Source of the DNA: Actinomycetota bacterium
GTDB taxonomy: Bacteria > Actinomycetota > Thermoleophilia > Gaiellales > Gaiellaceae
DNA length: 44,465 nucleotides
Reading direction: 5' to 3'
NCBI GenBank assembly: GCA_046729215.1
Contig: JBKPGE010000076.1
Span: forward strand, 1 to 44,465
The notes under the pieces are model-generated. The model was given only the letters and a program-made list of their open reading frames with translations. It was not told the origin of the DNA and searched no databases. This document shows, one piece after another, positions 1 through 8,009 of this stretch; positions within the stretch are counted from its first letter, which is position 1, and each line of letters starts with the position of its first letter. The position numbers and the translations under genes are program-made.

Positions 1-1
1 C

Positions 2-571
2 GATAGCCAGTTCGTTCGGCAGGTTGTCAATGTGAACTGGTCGCCGACGGTCGATGCTGGGCCGCAGCGCAGGGTCCCCGAGGGTGGACGCATCGTGCTT
101 CGGGCGTCGGGGAGTGACCGCGAAGGCCAACCGCTGACCTATTCCTGGGACCTGGACGGAAAGCCGCCGGAGTTCGACTACAAGACGCCGGGCCCGAACC
201 CGACGTACTCGGCCGCCCGTTTCGACGGCCCCGCGAAGCGAGCCATCTCTCTGCAAGCGTGCGATCCGGTCGGCGCGTGTAGTCGTGACTCCGGAGTCGT
301 CCGGATCACCAACGTACGGCCCAGAGTGAACGCCGGGCCGAATCGGAGAGTTAAGCGCGGAACAAAGGTTCGCTTCCGCGTCCGCGCCTCGGATCCCGGC
401 CCCGACCGGCTGACCGCGACCTTGCGGTTCGGTGACAGGACGCGCCCGGTCCGGGGTTTCGCCGTGAGACACGTCTTCCGCAGGTCGGGCCGGTACAAGG
501 TCAAGGTCAGGGTCGTCGACGACGACAAGGGCGCCCGCACCGACACCCTGATCGTCAGAGTCAGGCGCTAG
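2..571 (+). CDS. PKD-repeat domain protein, C-terminal part (5' end outside window)
   Basis: The frame is open from the window edge to TAG 569-571. It holds two roughly 85-aa repeats with PKD-like motifs (YSWDLDG; RHVFRRSGRYKVKVRVVDDDKG) and has high GC3. Confidence 0.6.
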   Translation, partial: DSQFVRQVVNVNWSPTVDAGPQRRVPEGGRIVLRASGSDREGQPLTYSWDLDGKPPEFDYKTPGPNPTYSAARFDGPAKRAISLQACDPVGACSRDSGVVRITNVRPRVNAGPNRRVKRGTKVRFRVRASDPGPDRLTATLRFGDRTRPVRGFAVRHVFRRSGRYKVKVRVVDDDKGARTDTLIVRVRR

Positions 572-593
572 CCGACGCCCGCCCGACGCGGTG

Positions 594-1517
594 CTACGCC
601 GCCCGGAGCTTTCGGAGCGCGGGACCCAGCGCCTGCCCGCCGCGCAGCGTCTGCTCGAACAGGTCGCCGTGACGTTCGACGCGGTCGAGCGCCTCACGCA
701 TCCCGAAGTCGCGTGGCCGCACCTTCTCGCCCAGCTCCTCCCATCGGAGCGGCGTCGAGACCGGCGCACCCGGCTTCGGCCGCACCGAGTACGCGGACGC
801 AATCGTCTTCCCGTGCCCGTTCTGCCGGTGGTCGACGAGCACGCCGCGTCGTTTCTTCTTCAGCCACTCGGTCGTGACGAGGCCGACATGCTCCTCCTCG
901 AGCCGGCGCGAGACCCGCTCTGCGAATTCGTACGTCTCGGGGAACGACGATCGGCGGGTGATCGGGACGAGCACGTGGATCCCGTCGGCGCCGCTCGTCT
1001 TGACATACGAGTGCAGCTCGAGGCGCTCGAGTGCCTCTCGGACGAGGTGGGCGACGCGGATGGCCTGCGCGAACCCGTTCCGCGACGCGGGTGGGTCAAG
1101 GTCGAAGACGACGTAGTCGGGCCGCTCGGGCCGGTCGACCCGGGAGTACCACGCGTTCATGTCGATGCAGTTCATCTGCACCATCCACGCGAGCACACCC
1201 GGCTCGTTCACAAGCACGAAGTCGACGAGTCGCGGCCCGCCCTCGCGCGGCAACGTCCGGAACCGTCGCGTCGGGACCCAGGACGGCATCCCCCGCGGTG
1301 CCTGCTTCTGGAAGTACGGTCTCTCCCGGATCCCGTGCGGGTAGCGCTTGAGCGTGAACGGCCGATCGCGCAGGTGTGGGATGAGGGCGGAAGCGACGTC
1401 GACGTAATACGTCAGGAGGTCGCCCTTCGTTACGCCGTCCCCGGGAAAGAGGACGCGCTCAGCACTTGTCAGCCGGATCCGGCGGCGGCCCACGCGCAAC
1501 TCGTCGTGCCTAGGCAA
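594..1517 (-). CDS. Stand-alone NHEJ DNA polymerase/primase (LigD polymerase domain)
   Basis: The 307-aa product carries LigD-Pol hallmarks: KRYPHG..YFQKQAP, VVFDLDPP, KTSGADGIHVLVPI, VLVDHRQN. Its GTG start overlaps the stop of the upstream acyl-CoA dehydrogenase by 8 nt. Confidence 0.85.
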   Translation of the reverse strand: MPRHDELRVGRRRIRLTSAERVLFPGDGVTKGDLLTYYVDVASALIPHLRDRPFTLKRYPHGIRERPYFQKQAPRGMPSWVPTRRFRTLPREGGPRLVDFVLVNEPGVLAWMVQMNCIDMNAWYSRVDRPERPDYVVFDLDPPASRNGFAQAIRVAHLVREALERLELHSYVKTSGADGIHVLVPITRRSSFPETYEFAERVSRRLEEEHVGLVTTEWLKKKRRGVLVDHRQNGHGKTIASAYSVRPKPGAPVSTPLRWEELGEKVRPRDFGMREALDRVERHGDLFEQTLRGGQALGPALRKLRAA

Positions 1518-2691
1518 CGCCGGCCAGAAGAAACGCGCGGTTCTCCTTCAGCATCTCCCGCGCGATCACGAGGCGCTGGATTTGGTTCGTGCCCTCGTAG
1601 ATCTGCGTGATCTTGGCGTCGCGCATCATCCGCTCGACCGGGTACTCCTGCATGTAGCCGTACCCGCCGAGGATCTGCACCGCGTCGGTCGTGACCTCCA
1701 TGGCCACGTCCGTGCAGTAGAGCTTCGCCATCGCACTGATCTTCGTCAGCTCCGATCCGTCGAAGCCCTCGTCGATCATCTGCCCGCACTTGTAGAGGAG
1801 GAGCCGCGCCGCTTCGCACTTCGTCTCCATGTCCGCAAGCTGAGCCGAGATGATCTGATGCTGCGCGATCGGCTTGCCCATCGTCTCGCGCTCCTTGGCG
1901 TACTCGAGCGCGTAGTCGGTTGCGCCCTGGGCGAGCCCGAGGCCCTGAGCGCCGATGCCCGGGCGCGAGCGATCGAGGATCCGCATCGCGATCTTGAACC
2001 CCTCGCCCTCCTCGCCGAGAAGATTGTCGGCCGGAACCTGCATGTCGTTGAAGAACAGCTCGCCCGTGGTCGAGCCCTTGATCCCCATCTTCGGCTCGAT
2101 CCGCCCGACCTCGAACCCGGGCGAGCTCGACTCGACCAGGAACGCCGAGATCCCGTCGTGCCCGGCCGTCGGGTCGGTCTTGGCGAAAACCGTGTAGAGG
2201 TCGGCGACCCCCGCGTTGGTGATGAACCGCTTGGAGCCGTTGATGACGTACACGTCGCCTTCGCGGCGGGCCTCCGAGCGCATGGCGGCGGAGTCCGACC
2301 CCGAGCCCGGCTCGGTCAGCGCGTACGCCGTGAGCCATTCGCCCGACGCCAGCCTGGGCAGGTAGCGGTCTTTCTGCTCGTCACTGCCGGCGAGCTTGAG
2401 CCCGAGGGAGCCGAGTTCCTGCACGGCCAGGATCAGCCCGCTCGTGGCGCAGACCTTCGAGACCTCTTCGATCGCGACGAGCGTCATCAGGGCGCTGGCG
2501 CCGAGGCCCCCGTACTCCTCGTCGTACATCACCGCGAAAATCCCGTGTTCGCGGAAGACCTCGACGACGTCCCACGGGAACTCCGAGCTCTTGTCGATCT
2601 CGGCCGCGCGCGGCGCGATCCGCTCGCGCGCGAGCATGCGAATCAGGTCGCGGATCTCGCGCTGCTCGTCCGTCAACGGGTCGGTTGGCAC
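1510..2691 (-). CDS. Acyl-CoA dehydrogenase
   Basis: 393 aa with ACAD motifs (ALTEPGSGSD, GEGFKIAM, IYEGTNQIQR). Confidence 0.9.
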   Translation of the reverse strand: MPTDPLTDEQREIRDLIRMLARERIAPRAAEIDKSSEFPWDVVEVFREHGIFAVMYDEEYGGLGASALMTLVAIEEVSKVCATSGLILAVQELGSLGLKLAGSDEQKDRYLPRLASGEWLTAYALTEPGSGSDSAAMRSEARREGDVYVINGSKRFITNAGVADLYTVFAKTDPTAGHDGISAFLVESSSPGFEVGRIEPKMGIKGSTTGELFFNDMQVPADNLLGEEGEGFKIAMRILDRSRPGIGAQGLGLAQGATDYALEYAKERETMGKPIAQHQIISAQLADMETKCEAARLLLYKCGQMIDEGFDGSELTKISAMAKLYCTDVAMEVTTDAVQILGGYGYMQEYPVERMMRDAKITQIYEGTNQIQRLVIAREMLKENRAFLLAGVA

Positions 2692-2894
2692 GGCGGTCAG
2701 TCTAATTCGGCTTCTTCTCCAGGAAGTTCACACATACGCTGTCGATACATAAGGTCACGAGGGAGGCGCTCGGCTCGCGAACACTGACTTGGTCGGCAGT
2801 AGTACTTGCGTTCTTCGCCTTCGGCACAGCCTGCAACGGCAAAAACTCGAGCCCAGCCGAGGAGCAAAGGCAGGGAAGGACGACTGCGGTCGAG

Positions 2895-3509
2895 GTGTCA
2901 CCGGCGGACTGCTCGGCCGAGGTCGACAACCGGTTCGTTCCGCTCTCGTCCGTCAAGCTCAGCATCTTCAGGGGTAGCGAGCGCAGCGAAGCCACTGAGG
3001 CGATGGTCGAGACGCGTGTCGAGCAGCGCGTACAGGAGAAGACGGCCACCATCGCTGGTTTCCCGGTCAGGGTCGTACGGGTGATGGACTTCGAAGAGGG
3101 AGTGCTCGTCGAGCAGACGCTCGACTACTACACGCAATGCAGCGACGGAAGCGTCTGGTACGTCGGTGAAAAGGTCGACGACATCGAACACGGCAAAATC
3201 GTCGGCCACGAGGGCCAGTGGCAGGCAGGCAAGGGAGGCGCGAATCCCGGCCTCTTCATGCCGGCCGAGCCGAAAGAGGGCGACACCTTCCAGCAGGAGC
3301 GCGCGCCGGGAATCGCCGAGGACCGATCGACGGTGCTGGCAGTGGACGTCGAAACGAGAACGCCCGCGGCCAGGTTCAGGGACTGCATCCGGACGAAGGA
3401 CTTCGCGCCCCTCAACAAGATCACCGAGTTCAAGGTCTATTGCCCTGACGTCGGCCTGGTGCGCGAGGAGCTGACGTCCGGCAGCAGCCAGCTCGTCCGT
3501 TACCGCTGA
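2895..3509 (+). CDS. Secreted lipoprotein of unknown function (real start probably upstream, about 2739-2784)
   Basis: The first canonical start is GTG 2895. The same frame is open from 2706 and encodes a lipoprotein signal, ..RTLTWSAVVLAFFAFGTAC|NGK, with no ATG/GTG/TTG in it. Confidence 0.6.
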   Translation: MSPADCSAEVDNRFVPLSSVKLSIFRGSERSEATEAMVETRVEQRVQEKTATIAGFPVRVVRVMDFEEGVLVEQTLDYYTQCSDGSVWYVGEKVDDIEHGKIVGHEGQWQAGKGGANPGLFMPAEPKEGDTFQQERAPGIAEDRSTVLAVDVETRTPAARFRDCIRTKDFAPLNKITEFKVYCPDVGLVREELTSGSSQLVRYR

Positions 3510-3518
3510 GCTTGGGAT

Positions 3519-3546
3519 GTGGGGCCGGGCAGCACCCCGGCCCCAC
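3519..3546. terminator. GC hairpin between convergent genes (bidirectional terminator candidate)
   Basis: GTGGGGCCGGG-cagcac-CCCGGCCCCAC: an 11-bp perfect stem with a 6-nt loop, lying between the stops at 3509 (+) and 3633 (-). Confidence 0.5.
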
Positions 3547-3632
3547 CTGCCAAAGACACCCCCGGAGGCAAACCAGAGATGACCCGGCAGAGGGTCAAGC
3601 GTACCGCGGCTCGATCCGGCCGCCGCGCTCCG

Positions 3633-4145
3633 CTACGAGTAGCGGGCGAGCTCCAACCAGCGCCCGCGCATGATCAGCGCCCGCAGCTCGTCACCCGGAC
3701 ACGCCGTGGCGAAGAAGTCCGAGTGGGGACGCACCTGCCGGGCCTTCGGATAGCGGCGGCGGTACTCCTGGATCAGCTGTGCGAGCGCACGGCGTGCCTC
3801 GGGCGTCACGTCGGCCCTCCCGACAGTGTCGTCGCCGAGGAAGCAGACCGCGAAGTAGTGGTCGTTCGACTCGGTGGTTCCGTTCGCCGCCGAGCGTACG
3901 CCGAACCCACGGCCGACGAACACAAAGCCATGCCGGCAGAAGACATGGTTGTAGGCGATGTCGAGCCAGCCGTTGTGCTCCATGTGGTAGCGCTGAATGC
4001 CCCGAACACGGCCCGCACAGTTGCGGTGAAGCCCCTGCTCGTCGGCGTTCGTGCCGGAGTAGTGGACGGCGACGCCGCGTGCTTGCTCAGGTTGGATCCG
4101 CGGGCGGCCTCGGGGCGGCACGGCGCCCCAGGCCGGCCTCCGCAC
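3633..4145 (-). CDS. N-acetylmuramoyl-L-alanine amidase (Amidase_2/PGRP-like), no signal peptide
   Basis: The start is GTG 4145, 5 nt after the upstream stop. The product has VAVHYSG, IAYNH and RPHSDFFATACPG, the His/His/Cys Zn-ligand pattern of amidase_2. The rest of the 324-aa ORF is run-on. Confidence 0.75.
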   Translation of the reverse strand: MRRPAWGAVPPRGRPRIQPEQARGVAVHYSGTNADEQGLHRNCAGRVRGIQRYHMEHNGWLDIAYNHVFCRHGFVFVGRGFGVRSAANGTTESNDHYFAVCFLGDDTVGRADVTPEARRALAQLIQEYRRRYPKARQVRPHSDFFATACPGDELRALIMRGRWLELARYS

Positions 4146-4150
4146 GAGCT

Positions 4151-5677
4151 TTAGCGGAGGTTGTCGGGGAGCTCTCGCCGTGTCAGGTCCCTCGTCGTCG
4201 GCCCCTGGATCGCGCGCCCTTCGCCGTCGTAGCGCGACCCGTGGCAAGGGCAGTCCCACGTCCGCTCGGCCGGATTCCAGTCGACCAGACAGTAGAGGTG
4301 CTGGCAGACGGGTGAAAAGGCGTGGAGCCGCCCCTGCTCGTCCCGGTGGACCGCGGTCTTCTGCGACCCAATGCGGATGAGCGCGCCCTCGCCGGGCTTC
4401 AGCTCCTCGACCGTCGTGCGATCGGCCCGAGCGAGGCGGTCGGCGAAGAAGTGGACGCCGGCCGACACGTTCTCCCGCAGGAGGCTCCCGAGAGCGGACC
4501 GGCGCGGCCGGCGCTTCGAGTTGAAGAGTTTCGCCCACGGGTTCCGGCGGCCGAGAATCGCGTCGGAGACGATCATCGCGGCCGCCGTCCCATTGGTCAT
4601 GCCCCACTTGCTGTAGCCCGTCGCCGAATAGAGGTGGTCGGCGCCGCTTCGAAGCCGACCGACGTACGGCACGTGGTCGTGGGCCATGTAGTCCTGCGTC
4701 GACCAGCGGTACTCGACCTCGCCGGCACCGGGCCAGTGCGTATGCAGGAACTCCTCCAGCTGGTCGTAACGCGACGGCGTGTCCGGCTCCTCCCCGGTGT
4801 TGTGTCCGTTGCCGCCAACCTGGATGAAGAGGCGCTCGCCGTCCCGGAGTGTTCGGATCGAGCGGGTCGGGGTGCCCGTGTTGATGTACATGCCTTGCGG
4901 GTCGGACGCCGATCCGATCGGAGCCGCGACCGCATAGCTCAGGTGCGGATACGCCTTCGCAAAGTAGAGGCCGCGGTCCGTGATCGGGAGCTGCGTGGCG
5001 ACGACCACGTCGGCAGCGCGAACAGTTCCCTGCTCGGCTTGCACTTCGCAGGGCTCGCCGTGCTCTATCCGGTGCACGCGACTCTGCTCGAAGACATGGC
5101 TGCCGTCACCGGGGATGGTCGCGGCGAGCGCGAGGAGGTACTTGCGCGGGTGGAACTGCGCCTGGTTCTCCAGCCGCAGCGCCGCGGGAACGGGGAAGGG
5201 AAGTGGGGTGTCGTCGACGAGCGTCGTGGCGAGGCCCGACTGCCGCTCGACCTCGGCTTCCTGCCGCAGCTGCGCGACCTCGTCCGTGGACTCGGCGTAG
5301 ACGTAGTTCATCCGGCGCTCGAACTCGCAGTCGATGTGATCCTCGTCGACGAACTGCGCGATGCGCGCCAGAGCCGCCTCGTTCGCCTCCGCGTAGGTGC
5401 GCGCCCCGTCCTGACCGAAGGCCTTCCTGATCTTCGAGTAACTCGCGCCGTGACCGGAGGTCACCTTGGCCGTCGTGTAGCCCGATGCTCCGCGGACGAT
5501 CCGTTTCGAGTCGATCAGGGCGACGGTTTTCCCGGCACGCTTCAGCAGTACGCCGGCAGTGATGCCGGTGATCCCGGCGCCGACGATGCACACGTCCACC
5601 GCGATGTCGTCGGACAGCGCCGGATAGCTCGTCTCCGGCGTCGTGTGGATCCAGAAGGACGGGCCGCCCAAGCTCAC
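4151..5677 (-). CDS. FAD-dependent oxidoreductase with C-terminal Rieske [2Fe-2S] domain (YhfW-like)
   Basis: The N-terminus has VCIVGAGITGITAG (a Rossmann GxGxxG). The C-terminus has CQHLYC ... CPCHGS (Rieske CxH..CxxH). The GTG 5677 start overlaps the TGA of the VOC gene as GTGA. Confidence 0.85.
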   Translation of the reverse strand: MSLGGPSFWIHTTPETSYPALSDDIAVDVCIVGAGITGITAGVLLKRAGKTVALIDSKRIVRGASGYTTAKVTSGHGASYSKIRKAFGQDGARTYAEANEAALARIAQFVDEDHIDCEFERRMNYVYAESTDEVAQLRQEAEVERQSGLATTLVDDTPLPFPVPAALRLENQAQFHPRKYLLALAATIPGDGSHVFEQSRVHRIEHGEPCEVQAEQGTVRAADVVVATQLPITDRGLYFAKAYPHLSYAVAAPIGSASDPQGMYINTGTPTRSIRTLRDGERLFIQVGGNGHNTGEEPDTPSRYDQLEEFLHTHWPGAGEVEYRWSTQDYMAHDHVPYVGRLRSGADHLYSATGYSKWGMTNGTAAAMIVSDAILGRRNPWAKLFNSKRRPRRSALGSLLRENVSAGVHFFADRLARADRTTVEELKPGEGALIRIGSQKTAVHRDEQGRLHAFSPVCQHLYCLVDWNPAERTWDCPCHGSRYDGEGRAIQGPTTRDLTRRELPDNLR

Positions 5678-6039
5678 GCAGGCATATGGGAGACCGCTTC
5701 GATGTTGTTGCCGTCCGGATCGATCACGTAAGCGCCGTAGTAGTTCTCGTGGTAATGCGGCCGCAAACCCGGAGCACCGTTGTCCGTCGCTCCGGCGGCC
5801 ATGGCGGCCTCGTAGAAGCGGTCGACGGTTTCGCGGTCCGGCGCAGTGAGCGCAATGTGCGCAGTCGTCGGCTCGCCGCGCTGGGAGACCCAGAAGTCGG
5901 GCATCCCGCTCTCGCCGAAGCCGCCGGCGTCGCCGAACTCCATCATGAGCTGGTAGCCGAGCGGCTTCAGTGCCTGCTCGTAGAACTGCTTGCTGCGTCC
6001 GTAGTCGCTGACGTCCAGGGTGATGTGGTCGATCGCCAT
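5674..6039 (-). CDS. Glyoxalase/bleomycin-resistance/dioxygenase (VOC) family protein
   Basis: 121 aa: MAIDHITLDVSDYGRSKQFYEQAL...YVIDPDGNNIE, a typical single VOC module. Confidence 0.85.
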   Translation of the reverse strand: MAIDHITLDVSDYGRSKQFYEQALKPLGYQLMMEFGDAGGFGESGMPDFWVSQRGEPTTAHIALTAPDRETVDRFYEAAMAAGATDNGAPGLRPHYHENYYGAYVIDPDGNNIEAVSHMPA

Positions 6040-6086
6040 TGCGGCTCCTTTCGTTCCTGACTCGGGGGAGGTCTAGATTCTGTCGC

Positions 6087-7622
6087 ATGATCCTCGAGCG
6101 CGGCACGGTGCGGACGCTCGATCCCTCACTACCGACAGCGTCGGCGCTTGCAATCGCCGGCGATCGGGTGGCGGGAGGAGTCGGGACGCATGAGACGGTT
6201 CTGCCCAGCCCGGAGCGCGTCGATCTCGGCGGGCGCTGCGTGCTCCCGGGCTTCACGGACGCGCACGTCCATTTTCCGACCTGGGCCGTGGCGCGCGGCG
6301 AGGTTCGGCTCGAAGGGACACGGTCGGTGGAGGAGGTGGTCGCGCGTGTGCGCGACGGCCTTAGGTCGGTTGGCGAGAGTGGTTGGCTGCGCGGCCGTGG
6401 CTGGCGAGACGCGGACTGGTCGTCTCGGCCCACCAAGGAGGCCCTCGACGAGGTGACAGGCGAGGTTCCGGTCGCCCTGCTCGCCCACGATTCCCACTCG
6501 CTGTGGCTCAACTCTGCGGCGCTCGCGTGGTCCGCCCTCGACCTCGAAGTCGACGGCGGCGTCGTCGAGCGCGACGACTCGGGCGCGCCCACCGGCGTCC
6601 TTCGGGAAGAGGCCTGCTGGCGGTTTCGCGATCGTTACATTCACATAAGCGATCGCGAGTACCAGGATGCGATGCGCGACGCGGTCCGTGTCGCCGCAGC
6701 CCGAGGGGTCACCGCGGTGCACGACAAGGACGGTTGGATCGGCGCGCTCCGGCTCTGGCAGTCCCTCAGTGCCGCTGGCGCTCTCACGCTTCGCGTATGG
6801 CAATCCCTCCCGGCCGAGCACGTCGACGAGCTCGCGGGTCTCGGAATGCGCAGCGGCTTCGGCGACAAGCTGCTCCGCGTCGGTTACCTGAAAGCGTTCA
6901 TGGACGGGACGCTCGGGTCTCAGACCGCGCGCATGCTTGATGGGAGCGGAGTCGAGATCACGAGCCGCGAGGCGCTCGTGAGCATCATTCGTCGGGCGGC
7001 GTACGCGGGCTGGCCGGTCGCCGTCCACGCGATCGGCGATCGCGCAAATCGTGAGGCGCTCGACGCCTTCGAAGAGACACGCGAAATCTGGCAGACGATG
7101 AGTCTCCGGCAGCGCATCGAGCATGCGCAACTGCTCGCGCCCGAAGACGTCGATCGTTTTGCGGAGCTCGGCGTCGCCGCCTCGGTGCAGTTCAGCCATG
7201 CGCCGTCGGACCGGGACGTGGCCGATCGGTACTGGGCGGGCACGACGGACGGCGCGTACGCGTACCGGTCCCTATGGGACACCGGTGCCCTCGTCGCAAA
7301 CGGCTCGGATGCTCCGATAGAGGAGCTCGATCCGCTGGCCGGCATCGTCGCCGGCGTCTTGCGCACAATCGACGACCGCCCCGCGTGGCATCCAGAGCAG
7401 GCGTTGCGGGTGGAGGAGGTTTTCGCGGCGACGTGCGTGAGCCCGGCCTGGCTCTCGTACGACGAGCACGAGCGCGGGCGGCTCCTTCCGGGCTACCTCG
7501 CCGATCTCGTTGTGCTCGACCGTGATCCGTTCGTCCTGCCGCCCGAAGAGCTTCCCGACGTCGAGATCGTCGCCACGATGGTCGGCGGCCGCTGGACGCA
7601 CAACCCGCCGCCCTGGGATTGA
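6087..7622 (+). CDS. Amidohydrolase family metal-dependent hydrolase (YtcJ-like)
   Basis: ATG 6087 is preceded by GGGGGAGG. The product has LPGFTDAHVHF (an HxH metal motif) plus AVHAIGD and NGSDAP. The ORF is also open from 6039. Confidence 0.85.
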   Translation: MILERGTVRTLDPSLPTASALAIAGDRVAGGVGTHETVLPSPERVDLGGRCVLPGFTDAHVHFPTWAVARGEVRLEGTRSVEEVVARVRDGLRSVGESGWLRGRGWRDADWSSRPTKEALDEVTGEVPVALLAHDSHSLWLNSAALAWSALDLEVDGGVVERDDSGAPTGVLREEACWRFRDRYIHISDREYQDAMRDAVRVAAARGVTAVHDKDGWIGALRLWQSLSAAGALTLRVWQSLPAEHVDELAGLGMRSGFGDKLLRVGYLKAFMDGTLGSQTARMLDGSGVEITSREALVSIIRRAAYAGWPVAVHAIGDRANREALDAFEETREIWQTMSLRQRIEHAQLLAPEDVDRFAELGVAASVQFSHAPSDRDVADRYWAGTTDGAYAYRSLWDTGALVANGSDAPIEELDPLAGIVAGVLRTIDDRPAWHPEQALRVEEVFAATCVSPAWLSYDEHERGRLLPGYLADLVVLDRDPFVLPPEELPDVEIVATMVGGRWTHNPPPWD

Positions 7623-8009
7623 GGGGCGAGCGGTTCGTCCGCTACCTCGGCGCGAACGTCGGCCTTTACATCGCGTGGGCGTTCCTCTGGGGCGTGCCGG
7701 CAATCGCGGGGCTCGGCGCGGCGGCCGCGGCGTGGATTGCCGTGACCGCGGCGGTCGGCATCGTTCAGCCGCTGCCCGCAGGCATCCGGACCGACGTCGC
7801 GTTCGCCGTCAGTGAGGATGGCCGCACCGCTCACTACCGCCTCCGATGCGAGTACGACCGCGCGGGGCGCATCCGTCGCGCCGTCCCCGGACCCGACGCG
7901 CATCCCGGCGGAATGCGTGCCTGCTGGACGCATCGTCGCCGCGCAATGCGACGAGGACTACTTCGTCGACGGCGAGGCCAACCTCCTGATTCCGCCGGTT
8001 CACGGCTAG
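7619..8009 (+). pseudogene. Small membrane protein gene with an apparent +1 frame break near 7884-7893
   Basis: The TTG 7619 frame encodes two hydrophobic helices and looks coding until about 7890. From there the coding periodicity follows the 7812 frame to TAG 8007-8009 (..CDEDYFVDGEANLLIPPVHG). Confidence 0.35.

Noticed and set aside
5678-6592. N-terminal extensions of composite ORFs: the 813-aa ORF 4151-6592, and likewise 3633-4607, 10698-12305, 16615-17166, 17195-18055 and 37477-39114.
   Set aside because: The upstream parts read through neighbouring genes in another frame and are low-complexity. Internal starts that abut or overlap the upstream stop give proteins of normal family length.
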